64,000 bases of DNA from Verrucomicrobiia bacterium (GTDB lineage: Bacteria > Verrucomicrobiota > Verrucomicrobiia > Limisphaerales > UBA1319): assembly GCA_963664225.1 (NCBI GenBank), contig OY760937.1:2336001-2400000 (forward strand). The letters run 5' to 3'. The notes under the pieces are model-generated. The model was not told the DNA's origin and did no database searches. It saw only the letters and a program-made list of their open reading frames with translations. Made by a program: the position numbers and the translations under genes. Position 1 is the first letter of the stretch, and each line of letters opens with the position of its first letter. Of the stretch, positions 17,941 through 28,802 are shown one piece after another.

Positions 17941-19206
17941 TCATTTCGTGCCGATGCAGAAAAGATTCGTGGCGGTGCGGATAAAACACTGTCCCTGCGA
18001 AATGGCCATGGAGGCTTGCAGGTTCTCCTGGCCCAACGGATTCTTTGCGAGCAACTTGAACTGCGGTCCGGCTTCGATCACGGTTGTTTCTCCTTCGTCG
18101 GACAAAAAGTAAATGCGCCCCCCGGCACTGACCGGGGACGCGGAGAAATGTTTGCCGATGCGCCCCTGCCAGAGGACCTCCCCTGTTTCGGCCTTCATGC
18201 AGGTGGCATCGCCGGTGTCGTTGATGGCATAGAGGTTGGGCTTTATATAAAGCATCGAGGGCACCTTGGGCATACCCTTGCGCTGCTCCCAAACCAGATT
18301 TGTTTCGCCCAGTTCACCGAGCGCGCCGATCCGGAAAGCCTTGATGGATTCCTTGCCACCCCAACCGCCCGAGGTGAAAACGAGTCCCTCACCCAGCACC
18401 ACCGATGGGACCTTGCCCTCGCCAATGACCTTGCTCGACCAAAGACGTTCTCCCGACTGAACGTCGAAACCCTGCACCACATCGCCCGCCTCGCTGACCA
18501 CCTGCGCGCGTCCGTCCGCAGCGGTCCAGATGGCCGGGACACAGTGTGCGATACGCGACATTCCGCGCCCGGTTTTCCAGCGTTCCCTGCCTGTTTTCGC
18601 GTCAATCGCGAGAACGAATGACTGGTCCCAGGGTTTCTGCCAGCCCAGGCCTTTGTCGTCCCCCTCGCTGCTGGCGTCGCGCGCCATGATCAGCAAACCC
18701 TGGTAAAGTATCGGCGACGTTCCCAGACCGTGCTGGCTGTAGAACGGATAGTCGCGATTGGTCCAGAGCACTTCACCTGCGAAATTCAGTGCGACGAAAC
18801 TGCCGTCGCCAAAACAGGCGTAAACCCGTTCGCCGTCCGTGGCGGGGGTCGGCGTGGCGTAGGAATTCCGGCCTTCCTTGCGCTTGAGAACTTGCTGGAA
18901 GACCTCCTTATTCCAGAGGATCTTTCCGGTCAATCGATCCAGCGCCAACACCCGGCAACTCTTTCCATTGTCCGTTGCGGTGGTGACAAACACGCGATCC
19001 CCCCAGACGATGGGTGACGACCAGGATTCTCCGGGCAACTCGGTCTTCCAGGCGATGTTTTCGGTGGCGCTCCACTTTAATGGCACGCCGGTCTCGGCGG
19101 AATGCCCCTGGTGATCAGGTCCGCGGAACTGGGGCCAGTTCTCCGCGCTGGCCAGGGCGATGGAGCAAAGCAGTGCGGAAAAAGTAGCAAGGACGTGATT
19201 CTTCAT
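17941..19206 (-). CDS. PQQ-binding-like beta-propeller protein (BamB-like repeats)
   Basis: Signal peptide, NWPQFRGP, WSSPIVWGDRVF and ATPTPATDG. Confidence 0.9.
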   Translation of the reverse strand: MKNHVLATFSALLCSIALASAENWPQFRGPDHQGHSAETGVPLKWSATENIAWKTELPGESWSSPIVWGDRVFVTTATDNGKSCRVLALDRLTGKILWNKEVFQQVLKRKEGRNSYATPTPATDGERVYACFGDGSFVALNFAGEVLWTNRDYPFYSQHGLGTSPILYQGLLIMARDASSEGDDKGLGWQKPWDQSFVLAIDAKTGRERWKTGRGMSRIAHCVPAIWTAADGRAQVVSEAGDVVQGFDVQSGERLWSSKVIGEGKVPSVVLGEGLVFTSGGWGGKESIKAFRIGALGELGETNLVWEQRKGMPKVPSMLYIKPNLYAINDTGDATCMKAETGEVLWQGRIGKHFSASPVSAGGRIYFLSDEGETTVIEAGPQFKLLAKNPLGQENLQASMAISQGQCFIRTATNLFCIGTK

Positions 19207-19299
19207 AAAATCGTTCGATTCGATGGCGCGTTCATTGTGTATGCCAGCATTCTATCCATCCGACAAGGGATGAAAATAGAATTTTTGTATCCAGTTTGG

Positions 19300-20076
19300 T
19301 CAAGGCTTTGCGATCGTGGAAATCCGGACATCGTCGATGTGGATCCAGTTGTCCGTATCGATCGCGGGATGCCGATACATGCCAAGTTTCAAGTAATGTT
19401 GAACGTCATTGTGCATGTTCGGGCCGTCTGCGGTGAGCGCGGGCTTGGTGAGATCATCCAGAAAGACGGAGGCCTTACCGTCCGAACTTCGCGACCAGCG
19501 AACGACAACCGTGATGTTGTGCCATTTGCCGCGCTCCACAGTGAGGGGGCCAAGATTGCGCGGCTTGGTCGGGCCGTAGCTCAGACCGATGACCAGTCGT
19601 CCGTTCAACTCCGCCAGCCCAATCGCGACCGGAGGACTGCGCGCGGGAAAACCCTTCCAGGTTTCGCCTTTCGCTTTATCCGGCTGGTCATGCCACTGTC
19701 CAATGAGCCACCAGCGGTTCGTGGGGGCGTCGGACGCAAAATCGCTCGGCAGCATGAACCGCCAGGAATAACTGACCGTCTGCCCCAGCTCGTAAGGATA
19801 ATCGACGCTCACCTCCGCGCGAATCCCGTTGTTGACCTTGTTCTGGCCGGGAATGATGTGAAGCCCAAGATACGTGTTCGTCCCTTCGCCACGAACGGCA
19901 ACCGCGTTTGACGAACCCACCTCCAGGTGTGCGTATTGCAGGAGGGCGTCCGGCAGAATGGTCCGCAGATAAGCGAGTTCGTCCTGTCGGGCATCGGCCC
20001 AGGTGCGGGCGCAGAAGGCGGTGAAGAGAAACAGGGCTATCAGGATTTTGTTAGGCATGGGAATGGGGATTGTCAC
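19300..20076 (-). CDS. Secreted polysaccharide lyase-like (heparin lyase I-type) protein
   Basis: RAEV, YSWRFMLP, IGQWH, GKWH and YLKLGMYR. Confidence 0.7.
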   Translation of the reverse strand: MTIPIPMPNKILIALFLFTAFCARTWADARQDELAYLRTILPDALLQYAHLEVGSSNAVAVRGEGTNTYLGLHIIPGQNKVNNGIRAEVSVDYPYELGQTVSYSWRFMLPSDFASDAPTNRWWLIGQWHDQPDKAKGETWKGFPARSPPVAIGLAELNGRLVIGLSYGPTKPRNLGPLTVERGKWHNITVVVRWSRSSDGKASVFLDDLTKPALTADGPNMHNDVQHYLKLGMYRHPAIDTDNWIHIDDVRISTIAKP

Positions 20077-20136
20077 CGGCGGACATCGTTGAACATTAAA
20101 GACGCTTACGATTGGCAGGTCGTTGAATCTCCATTG

Positions 20137-20421
20137 TCAGACATCCGTGTGTTCATCGGCCTTCTTCTTGAGCAACCTGGCCACTTGCAGCGCCGTCACT
20201 AAGAGCAACGAAAAGGCCATGACGGCCGTGCCAAGAAAAATGCCCCAAATCATCCCGACGGCAGCCGCATACCTTGGCAGGGCCGTTCCGGCTGCGGGGG
20301 AGAAGAGGTTCTTGACGAATTCGGGTGAAATAACGGTTATGAGACACGCAAACAATCCACCAAGAACCGAAGACGCAAGCGCCCCGGCCACGATGTAAAT
20401 AAAGCATCGCAAGAATGTCAT
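20137..20421 (-). CDS. Small hypothetical membrane protein
   Basis: 94 aa with two hydrophobic helices. Confidence 0.65.
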   Translation of the reverse strand: MTFLRCFIYIVAGALASSVLGGLFACLITVISPEFVKNLFSPAAGTALPRYAAAVGMIWGIFLGTAVMAFSLLLVTALQVARLLKKKADEHTDV

Positions 20422-20554
20422 AATCTCGTGTTTTTCAGAGGGTTTATTCGTCCATTATACTTCAATGAGTTACGGATCACGACAATAATCCTGGATAAAA
20501 ATGGCCCGGGCGCGGGGCCTTGCAGGATGTGGCCAGTTGTAAACTCTCCAACGA

Positions 20555-22267
20555 CTATGCGCGGAAGAGCTGGCCCATTTTTTTGCCGAGGAGGCGACCG
20601 GCCACAAGAAGGCTGATGGTGAGGATCGCCATGCCGACCATGCCCAGGGCGCAGGCGATGCCGGGAGCGGCGGGGTCCACGCGGCCGACGAGCTGCCAGA
20701 TGGCCTTGGTGATGGGGAAGTATTGTTCCCGCATGGCCAGGATGAGGCTGTCGCTGACTTCGAGCATGGCGAATGAGAAGGTGAGGATGGACCCGGCGAT
20801 GAGGTTGGCCATGACGAGCGGCAGGGTGATTTTGCGCAGAGTGCGCCATGGGGAGGCCCCGAGGTTCGCGGAGGCTTCCTCGAGGGTGATGCTGGTTTGC
20901 TGGAATCCGGCGTAGGCGGAGCGGACGATGTAGGGCAGGCGGCGGACGCTGTAGCTGATGATCAGGAGGAGCGTGGGGTTCTGGCGGGGGTTCAGCCACG
21001 CGATGTTCCAGTCGAACCCGGCCACGTAGCCAAAGGCCAGGACGAGACCGGGCAAGGCGAGCGGGAGCATGGCCAGGGCGTCGAGCACGCTGGCCCACGG
21101 AATTTTGCGGCGGGTCAAGAGCCAGGCGATCAGGACGCCGAGGACGAGGTCCAGCAGGGCGCTGCATCCGGAATAAAAGAGGCTGTTGCGAATGCTGGAG
21201 ACGGTCCGGCCCACGCCGCCGATATCGACGTAGTGGTCCAGGGTCCATTGATCGGGCAGGACGGTGAAAAACCAGCGGCCGGCGACGGATTCCACGGCGA
21301 CGGCGATGTGCGGCAGCAGCGCCACGCCGATGACCAGCCCCAGCGCGCACCAGAGGAGGACGGTTTGCCGGGGTGTGGCCTGGGTTTCGGTGCCGGAGGA
21401 ATGGCCGCGCCCGGACATTTCATAGCGCCGACCGGCGAAGAGTTTTTTGGAGACCAGAAACAGGGCGAGCGTGAACACGAGCACAAAGACCACCAGCGCG
21501 TAGCCCATGGGATTGGTGTTGAGATCGCTGAGGGCGTCGAAGATCCGCACGGGCACGACGCGCGAAAAACCGAAAATCAATGGCGTGCCGAGGTCCGTGA
21601 AGGACCAGATGAAGACGAGGATGGCCCCCGCGAAATAACCGGGCACGATGAGCGGCAGAGTGATGGTGCGAAATGTGCGCCATCCGCCCGCGCCCATGTT
21701 TTGGGCGGCCTCAGCCAGGGCGGGATCGATATTCGCAAGAGCGGCCGAGACATTGAGGAAGAGGATGGGATAGAGGCTCATCGTTTGAAGCGCGACGATG
21801 CCCCAAAAACCGCCCGCGCCGAGCCAGTCGATGGGGGCGTTGGCGGGAATGATCCCCCAGTCCATGAGCAGGAGATTCACGGAACCGAAGCGGGCGAGCA
21901 ACTGGCGCAGGCCAATGGCTCCGACAAAGGGGGGGAGGATCATCGGCACGAGGAGCATCGCGCTTAGAAGGGTCTTGCCCCGGAAACGGTAGCGTGTGAC
22001 CCAGTATGCGAGGGGAATCGCCAGGAGCGAGGAGAACGCGGTGGTGCAAACGGCCATGGCAAAGCTGTTGGCCAGGGCGGTGCGTTCCAGCGGGCTGGAG
22101 AGAAGCATCCCGAAGTATTGGAAGGTGAACCGCTCCCCCACCCCGAACGCGCCGCGCAAGAGCCAGGCAATGGGGTAGAACATGAAGGCCGCGAAAAAGA
22201 GAACCACCAGGAGCAGCAGCAGCCCGATGCGCCAGGTGAGGTCGTAGTTCGTGCGGCGCAGAATCAT
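20555..22267 (-). CDS. Iron(III)/thiamine-type ABC transporter permease (duplicated domain, FbpB-like)
   Basis: Two EAA loops (LAEAAQNMGA, LEEASANLGA) and many TM segments; start taken at MILRRTN. Confidence 0.9.
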   Translation of the reverse strand: MILRRTNYDLTWRIGLLLLLVVLFFAAFMFYPIAWLLRGAFGVGERFTFQYFGMLLSSPLERTALANSFAMAVCTTAFSSLLAIPLAYWVTRYRFRGKTLLSAMLLVPMILPPFVGAIGLRQLLARFGSVNLLLMDWGIIPANAPIDWLGAGGFWGIVALQTMSLYPILFLNVSAALANIDPALAEAAQNMGAGGWRTFRTITLPLIVPGYFAGAILVFIWSFTDLGTPLIFGFSRVVPVRIFDALSDLNTNPMGYALVVFVLVFTLALFLVSKKLFAGRRYEMSGRGHSSGTETQATPRQTVLLWCALGLVIGVALLPHIAVAVESVAGRWFFTVLPDQWTLDHYVDIGGVGRTVSSIRNSLFYSGCSALLDLVLGVLIAWLLTRRKIPWASVLDALAMLPLALPGLVLAFGYVAGFDWNIAWLNPRQNPTLLLIISYSVRRLPYIVRSAYAGFQQTSITLEEASANLGASPWRTLRKITLPLVMANLIAGSILTFSFAMLEVSDSLILAMREQYFPITKAIWQLVGRVDPAAPGIACALGMVGMAILTISLLVAGRLLGKKMGQLFRA

Positions 22268-22295
22268 GGGGCAATGGGCGGACGGAATACCTGGG

Positions 22296-23591
22296 CTAAA
22301 ACAATTCCTGCTCGGATGGCGGTCGCTGACGGGCGGGTCTGCGAGGGGGCTTGGGGGCGTCCGCTTGTTCTGGCGGGAGCTCCGCCGCGATGGCGGGGAA
22401 TTCGAGCTCGACGGGGGCTTGCGCAGGAGCGGAGGCCTGGGTGTTTTCAGGGGCGGTGGCCTCTTCGGCAGGCGCATCAGGGTCAGGGGCGTTCGATGAA
22501 GGTTGCGCCTCTTCGTGGGGTTCAGGGGCGGGAGGCACTTCGAAAGCCTCCTGATCGTTCACGGGCATCACGGGTTCGACGTTTGCGGGGGCGGGTTCGG
22601 AATGGGCAGGTTCTGGTTCCTGGACCGGAGGATCAACGGGACCTTCGTCTGGGGCGGGCGGGACTTCGTAGGCCTCCTCATCGGTTGAAGGCATGAGAGG
22701 CTCGGCGGTTGAAGGAGGGAACGAGGTTCCTGCCGGCGCGGGCGCCTGGAGGGGCGCTTCGATGGGGGCTTCGACCGGAGCGAAGGAGTGTGTGATGGTT
22801 CCGGGATCGTTTTCTCCAGGGACCGCGAGGACGACCAGGGCGCGGCGCAGGAGTTGCCCCTGGAAGGTGTAACCGGTGGCAACGACTTGTGCGATGCGGG
22901 TATCCGCAGGGATTGCGGTTTGCCGATCCACGGTCTGATGGGCCTCGGCGTTGAAGGGTTCGTTGGGCTCGGGGACGAAAGGAACGAGGCCGATGCGGCG
23001 GGCCAGATCGCAACAGGCGGCCTGAAAATGGCTTAATTGCTCGATCAAATGGGGCTGCCCGGAGCGGGCTCCGGCCTGTTGGAGTGCAAAGACATGATCC
23101 AGGAGGCCGGTAATGATTTGCAATGACTCGCCCTCGGCGCGGTGCATTTTTTCGATTTCGAGCCGCATGCGGCTTTTCTCGGCGTCCTGGGATTTCTCCA
23201 TGAACGCGGTGAAGGCCCTGGTTTCCGTGGCCATGCGCGTGGCGATATCGCCGGCGGTGGAAGCGGTTTTCTCCGCCAACTGGTGGGCGGTCTGCCAGTG
23301 GGAAGTGGCGAGGTCGATGCGCGCGGCCAGTTGCTCGATTTGTTGGATCCTGGCGACGGCATCGTCAAGGTTTTCGCTTTCTGCCAGACGCAGGGCGGCG
23401 CGGTATTCAAGGAGGAAGGGCAGCACGCTGAGGATACCGGCCAGGGCGACCGCGAGGATAAAAACCAGCACCATGACGGCGCCCGGAGGGGTGCCCAGAT
23501 GATTCATCGCCACCATGGCAAAATACAACAAAACCAGGTCCGCGAGAAAAAACGGCCATTTCGCAATTTTGGGAACACTCATGTTGTCCAT
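22296..23591 (-). CDS. Membrane-anchored GrpE-like protein with a Pro/Glu-rich tail
   Basis: Two TM helices, coiled coil, EPFNAEAHQTV...VVATGYTFQGQLLRRALVVL GrpE head. Confidence 0.75.
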   Translation of the reverse strand: MDNMSVPKIAKWPFFLADLVLLYFAMVAMNHLGTPPGAVMVLVFILAVALAGILSVLPFLLEYRAALRLAESENLDDAVARIQQIEQLAARIDLATSHWQTAHQLAEKTASTAGDIATRMATETRAFTAFMEKSQDAEKSRMRLEIEKMHRAEGESLQIITGLLDHVFALQQAGARSGQPHLIEQLSHFQAACCDLARRIGLVPFVPEPNEPFNAEAHQTVDRQTAIPADTRIAQVVATGYTFQGQLLRRALVVLAVPGENDPGTITHSFAPVEAPIEAPLQAPAPAGTSFPPSTAEPLMPSTDEEAYEVPPAPDEGPVDPPVQEPEPAHSEPAPANVEPVMPVNDQEAFEVPPAPEPHEEAQPSSNAPDPDAPAEEATAPENTQASAPAQAPVELEFPAIAAELPPEQADAPKPPRRPARQRPPSEQELF

Positions 23592-23949
23592 AACGGAGCC
23601 AGATTAAAGCGGATCATGGGGATTGTGGCGATTGAATATTTCCCGGGATAAAACGAATAAGGCGAATCGCCATTGGCATGGCAGTTGGAATTGCAAAGGA
23701 ATCCGGCTGGAGGTGTTTCATGAAGCAGGTCAAACCCATCCTGCCAAGTACTGGGATCTCCCCAGACATCATTCCACCAGCCGGATAAGCTGTGCCCCAT
23801 TCCAGGAACGGAGCCTAATTCAATAGACGTTAATCCCCAATCGCACAAGAATCAACTTCGGTGGAAAACAAATCCGGGCACTTTCGATTATTTCCAGGCG
23901 GATTTCAGAGGCCGCTGGGGCGGACCTGACGGCAGCGTCCGTCTCAGGA

Positions 23950-26900
23950 TTAGATGCGAGCCGATGGGACGATGGGAGGGGAGGGCCGGTCAAGGCAGTC
24001 ACGAACGACCTTGAGAAGGCGGGATGGAGCGTAGGGTTTGGGCAGGAAATTAACCCCATCGGCCAGTTTGAAATCGCCTTCGACGGCTTCAACGCTGTAA
24101 CCGCTTGAGTAGAGCACCTTAAGGGATGGTTTGTCGGCCTGGCAATGCAGGGCCAGCTCGCGACCGTTCATGCCCTCCGGCATGACCATGTCCGTAAGCA
24201 GCAGGTGGATGTGGTCCTTGTTTTCCCCCCAGACTCCAAGAGCCTGAACGCCGCTCCCGGCCTCCAGGATCCTGTAACCGGCTTGCTTGAGGCAGCGGGT
24301 GGTCAGCACGCGCACCGTGGATTCGTCCTCGACGACGAGCACGGTTTCATGGCCGCCGTTGGGGGCGACAGCGACCGCCTGTTTGATGTCGCCGGAGGCC
24401 GATTCGTCGAGGGCGGGCAGGAACACTTTAAAGCTGGTGCCTTTGTTGACCACGCTCGAAACCTCGATCCAGCCCTGGTGCTGTTTGACAATGCCGTAAA
24501 TGGTGGCCAGGCCCAGACCGGTGCCTTTGCCCAATTCCTTGGTGGTGAAAAACGGCTCGAACAACCGGCTCAAAATGGTCCGGTCCATGCCGCAACCCTC
24601 GTCCGAGACGGACAGACAGACAAAGCGGCCAGGATAGCCATCCGGATGCCTCTGAATCTGTGCCCCATCCACAATGACCAGCTCGGTTTTCAAGGTGAGC
24701 CTGCCCCCCTTGGGCATGGCATCGCGGGCATTGACGGCGAGATTGATGACGACCTGGTCGATCATGCCCGCATCGGCCTTGATGGCCGGCAAACCGAAGC
24801 CGTAATTGAACTCGATGGCGATCTGCTCTCCAAGAAGACGATTGAGCATCCGGGCCAGATTCATGACCGCATCGTTGACATCCATTTGCTTGATCTGGAG
24901 CAATTGGCGGCGGCTGAAGGCCAGCAACTGCCGGGTGAGATTGGCGGCACGGTCGGCTGCGGCGTTGATCTCGCCCATGGCTTCGAGCACATCCGCGCTG
25001 GCGGTTTTCTCGGCCAGTTGCAATGTGGCGTTACCTTTGATGACGGTGAGAATGTTGTTGAAATCATGAGCCACGCCTCCGGCGAGCTGGCCCACCGCCT
25101 CCATTTTCTGGGCCTGCCGGAGCTGCTCCTCGAGTTGTTTGCGGCTGGAAATGTCGCGCACGGCGGCAATGATCCGAACCTGGCCATCGAACTCGCAGCG
25201 CTGAAGGCTCACCTCGGTCCAAAAATGCCGTTGAGCCTTGTCCCTGGCCAGCCATTCGAAATTTTGAGGGCCTTCTTTCAAAGCCTTGCGCAGATGGGCC
25301 TTGGCGGCATCGGCCGTGAATGGGGGCAGCGAAACCACCAGGGATTCCAAACCCAGCTCCCGCGCCTCCTTTAATGTGTAACCGTATAATTTGGCAAACC
25401 GGTGATTGACGTCCAGGATCTCCATTCCATCCGGGCCTTGATGAATCAGCAAGGCGTCGTTGGAGGTGTCGAAGATGGCGCGGTATTTTGTTTCCGAAGT
25501 CCGCAGCGCCTCCTCCACGCGCTTGCGTTCGGTGATGTCCTCCCAGGTCACGAGCACGCCTGTGGTGGCGCCCATGGCGTCCTGCAAGGGAATACGATCC
25601 GTGTCCACCCACATCAATTGCCCCTGGCTGTTGCGCACGGTGTCGATACTGTGGAAGAGGGGCGTGCCGGAGTTCATGACGCGGCGATCGGCGGCGATGG
25701 CGGCCTCGGCCTCCTGGTTGGTCTTGAACAGGTCGTAATCCGTCCTGCCCACCAGATCCCTGGGATCGTTAAATCCCGCAGTCTCGGCCTGGCGCCTATT
25801 GCAGCCGACGATGACGGAATTGCGGTCCTTCCAGAGAACCGCCTGGGGAATGTTGTCGATGATGACCCGCAACATGCGCTCGGACTCGCGCAGCGCGAGT
25901 TCGGATTTTTTTCGTTCGGTGATATCGCGGAAGAAGAGCGTGACCTGGCGCTCACCGGTGCGCACGCCGACCAATTCGTAGCTGCCGGAGATGGTCCCAT
26001 TGCGAAAGTCGAAGACCTCCGTTTCAAACAATTTGCCCGAATTCAACGTGGCGCGCAGGGCTTCGTTGACGGAAGTGTTGGCCAGAGGCGGAAAGGTTTC
26101 GTCCAGAGATTTGCCAATCAGCGGCTCATGATCGCGGCCCTGGATGCGATCGGCCGCGCGATTGGCTCCCTTGAACACGAAGGAATCGTCCTTTGCGAGT
26201 TCGAATTGGTAGGCGCCGAAAGGGGCGGCGTCGATGATCGCCCGCAAGGCCTTTTCGGAATGCGCCAGGGCGTCCTGCGATTTGCGCCGCTCGGTCACAT
26301 CGCGCGCGACGCCCAGAATGCCGGAGGGTTTGCCGGACGAATAGGTGACGCGGGTGTTGATGTCGAGATGGAGCACGCGGCCTGATTTGTCGAAAATATC
26401 CAACTCGAAGGGCGGCACCGTTTCCCCCGAAAAATGCCGTTTCATCACTCCTTTGACCAGGGCCTGATGCTCGGGAACGACGACTTGAAAAACATTGAGC
26501 TGCCGGGCCTCCTGGTCGGTATAGCCGGTGATTTTCTCAGCGGCCTTGTTGATGGAGGTGAAGCGCCCCTCCAAATCGTGCCGGTAAAGCAGGTCGTTGA
26601 CGTTCTCGTAAAGATCCCGATACCCCTCTTCCAGGACGGTCTCGCGTTCGATTTGCTCGCGCAGCAGCACGGTCTGGCGGCGGACCTGGCGGCGCAGGGC
26701 CCAAACCCAGATCATGACCAGCGCTGACAACAGCAGAACCGCCCCCAGGATCGCCAGAACCATCCCGGTGGTCAGCCACGGCATGCGGTCCAGCACGACA
26801 ATGTCGCGAGGACTGCTGACCAGAAGCTCAAAGAAGCGCGGGGTGCGATATTGATCGACCTTCACGGAACAAACGCCGGTGACATCCAGCAGGTTCCCAG

Positions 26901-28134
26901 CGCTGTATTGGGACAAATCAGCCTTTGAAATCGCCGTGTCCAGGACCGCTGAAAAAATCACATTATCCTGGCGCAGCAGAAACTGGGTCCGCTGCGAGCC
27001 GACGATGCAATTTAGAACGCGACCGGATATTCTCACTAACATGCCGTCATAACGGCCGGTCATGGCCTCCTTCGAGCTGACGATGCGAGGCTCCAACGGA
27101 AGCATGTTTGTGTTTACCGCAAAGCGCACGACCGCTTCATCCAACATGGCGCCAAAGGCGCCGCGGGTTGGAAAGGCCAACACCTCCACTGGAGAGCCGT
27201 TGGTCAAAGCCACGACATCACGCGCCTGGACTAATATTCCCCCCGTTGAGTCCTGAAGATAAAACTGATTGGTATTGTTTTGACGGGTGACCTGGCCAAG
27301 AATGGAAAGGCGGCGAACCGGTTCGTTCCGGATATCAAATTGATGAATGGCGGCGATGGTTTTGCGGGGGCCGTTCAAGGTGTTCAAATTGGAACCTTCG
27401 AGGACCTTTATGTGCGAAGGGTCGGACACCCAAAGCTGGCAGCCTGTATTGACTCCCAGGCCATTGACCTCAAGACCTGAAACACCGGAAAGTTCAAGAC
27501 GACAGTCAATCCACTTCTCCAATTGCTCCAAGGTGATGGTGCCATCTGGAATCAGCGCGCGAAAACGGTTGTTCGATGGTCCTTGCAGTTCGAGGACGAA
27601 ATGCCCCAACCGGTCGCCCGCAGAATAAAGGTATCCACTGACGGCTATATACTGGCTGTCGTATTTTCCGCCGGCAAACTCCTCGAATTTGGGATGTGGT
27701 GGAATGGGCCATGGGGTTCTATCCGCGAGCACCTTGAAACTGGAATTGACGAGGTAGCCCTGTGGCGCCAGTTCAGCCCGGACTTCAACCCGGTTGCCAG
27801 TGGCAATCTCCGGCAATTCCCTCAATTCCACATAAATGCCACCGGTCGAGTCCTGGATCATCAGCATCGGCCACAACGGACTATAGTAGGTAACTATCGC
27901 ATCGAGATGGACGAGCCTTTGGTTTGTGACTTCGACAGAGGCCAGTTTCCGAATCTGGGCCACATTGGTCAGAACGAGCCCCGCATTACCGGATGTCTGT
28001 CCGCAAAGCAGGCTGGCGGGCAAAAAACACAAAAGCGCGACAAGAAGGATTCCCAACATGCGTCCGCCGCGCCACGCGTTATGAGAGATCTGCGCCATCA
28101 GGGCAATTGGCGAATCTTGATGTTGCGGAACCAC
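23950..28134 (-). CDS. Hybrid sensor histidine kinase (repeated extracellular domain, 4 PAS, HisKA, HATPase, REC)
   Basis: [26 protein letters not shown] and LLLTDMVMP; repeated QDSTGGI units. Confidence 0.95.
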   Translation of the reverse strand: MVPQHQDSPIALMAQISHNAWRGGRMLGILLVALLCFLPASLLCGQTSGNAGLVLTNVAQIRKLASVEVTNQRLVHLDAIVTYYSPLWPMLMIQDSTGGIYVELRELPEIATGNRVEVRAELAPQGYLVNSSFKVLADRTPWPIPPHPKFEEFAGGKYDSQYIAVSGYLYSAGDRLGHFVLELQGPSNNRFRALIPDGTITLEQLEKWIDCRLELSGVSGLEVNGLGVNTGCQLWVSDPSHIKVLEGSNLNTLNGPRKTIAAIHQFDIRNEPVRRLSILGQVTRQNNTNQFYLQDSTGGILVQARDVVALTNGSPVEVLAFPTRGAFGAMLDEAVVRFAVNTNMLPLEPRIVSSKEAMTGRYDGMLVRISGRVLNCIVGSQRTQFLLRQDNVIFSAVLDTAISKADLSQYSAGNLLDVTGVCSVKVDQYRTPRFFELLVSSPRDIVVLDRMPWLTTGMVLAILGAVLLLSALVMIWVWALRRQVRRQTVLLREQIERETVLEEGYRDLYENVNDLLYRHDLEGRFTSINKAAEKITGYTDQEARQLNVFQVVVPEHQALVKGVMKRHFSGETVPPFELDIFDKSGRVLHLDINTRVTYSSGKPSGILGVARDVTERRKSQDALAHSEKALRAIIDAAPFGAYQFELAKDDSFVFKGANRAADRIQGRDHEPLIGKSLDETFPPLANTSVNEALRATLNSGKLFETEVFDFRNGTISGSYELVGVRTGERQVTLFFRDITERKKSELALRESERMLRVIIDNIPQAVLWKDRNSVIVGCNRRQAETAGFNDPRDLVGRTDYDLFKTNQEAEAAIAADRRVMNSGTPLFHSIDTVRNSQGQLMWVDTDRIPLQDAMGATTGVLVTWEDITERKRVEEALRTSETKYRAIFDTSNDALLIHQGPDGMEILDVNHRFAKLYGYTLKEARELGLESLVVSLPPFTADAAKAHLRKALKEGPQNFEWLARDKAQRHFWTEVSLQRCEFDGQVRIIAAVRDISSRKQLEEQLRQAQKMEAVGQLAGGVAHDFNNILTVIKGNATLQLAEKTASADVLEAMGEINAAADRAANLTRQLLAFSRRQLLQIKQMDVNDAVMNLARMLNRLLGEQIAIEFNYGFGLPAIKADAGMIDQVVINLAVNARDAMPKGGRLTLKTELVIVDGAQIQRHPDGYPGRFVCLSVSDEGCGMDRTILSRLFEPFFTTKELGKGTGLGLATIYGIVKQHQGWIEVSSVVNKGTSFKVFLPALDESASGDIKQAVAVAPNGGHETVLVVEDESTVRVLTTRCLKQAGYRILEAGSGVQALGVWGENKDHIHLLLTDMVMPEGMNGRELALHCQADKPSLKVLYSSGYSVEAVEGDFKLADGVNFLPKPYAPSRLLKVVRDCLDRPSPPIVPSARI

Positions 28135-28802
28135 ACCTCATGGCCGTGGTCCTGAAGAAGAATATGACCGGCACGCTTGCGGCCAAAGAACGAGGTCGTC
28201 TTGAATTTGCTCTTTTCGATCGCGGCCAAGAGTTCAGGGCTGCCCAGGTCATAGGCGAGGACCTGGACGCCGTTGAGCCAATGCCCGACATGGACGCCTT
28301 CCACGCGAATGCGGGTTTCGTTGAATCCGCCCACGGGCTTGAGATGGACGTTGGTGGCTCCCAGCACATCATAAAGACTGGCGGTGCAGCGTTTGGGCCC
28401 CAGTTTGGCCTCCGCGTTGTTCACGTCGTCCAAAATCTGATATTCCGGCCCGATGGCGCCATCCTTCTCCTGAATCAGGTATTTGATGCCGCTGTTGCAA
28501 TTGGTGCTGGCGCGCCATTCGCAGGAAAACTCAAAGTTATCGTACTGTTTGACGGTAATAATATCCTCGCTGCGACTTTTCGGCAGGACATGCAGACAAT
28601 CGTCCTCCACCGCCCAGCTTCTCGCTGGAAAATTCGTTTTGCCCAGGGAATGCCAGCCCTCAGGAGTTTTTCCGTCGAAGAGCGACTGCCATCCGGCTGA
28701 ATCCGCCGCATGGATGGACATGACCAAACCAGCGCATCCGGCAATCATCAGAACGCGACGGGAAAGCGATTGCCATCCCAAAAACAATCTCAGGTGCTTC
28801 AT
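28098..28802 (-). CDS. DUF1080 / 3-keto-disaccharide hydrolase-like protein
   Basis: WQSLFDGKT, NSGIKY, EYQILDD and LQDHGHEVWFRNIKIR. Confidence 0.92.
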   Translation of the reverse strand: MKHLRLFLGWQSLSRRVLMIAGCAGLVMSIHAADSAGWQSLFDGKTPEGWHSLGKTNFPARSWAVEDDCLHVLPKSRSEDIITVKQYDNFEFSCEWRASTNCNSGIKYLIQEKDGAIGPEYQILDDVNNAEAKLGPKRCTASLYDVLGATNVHLKPVGGFNETRIRVEGVHVGHWLNGVQVLAYDLGSPELLAAIEKSKFKTTSFFGRKRAGHILLQDHGHEVWFRNIKIRQLP

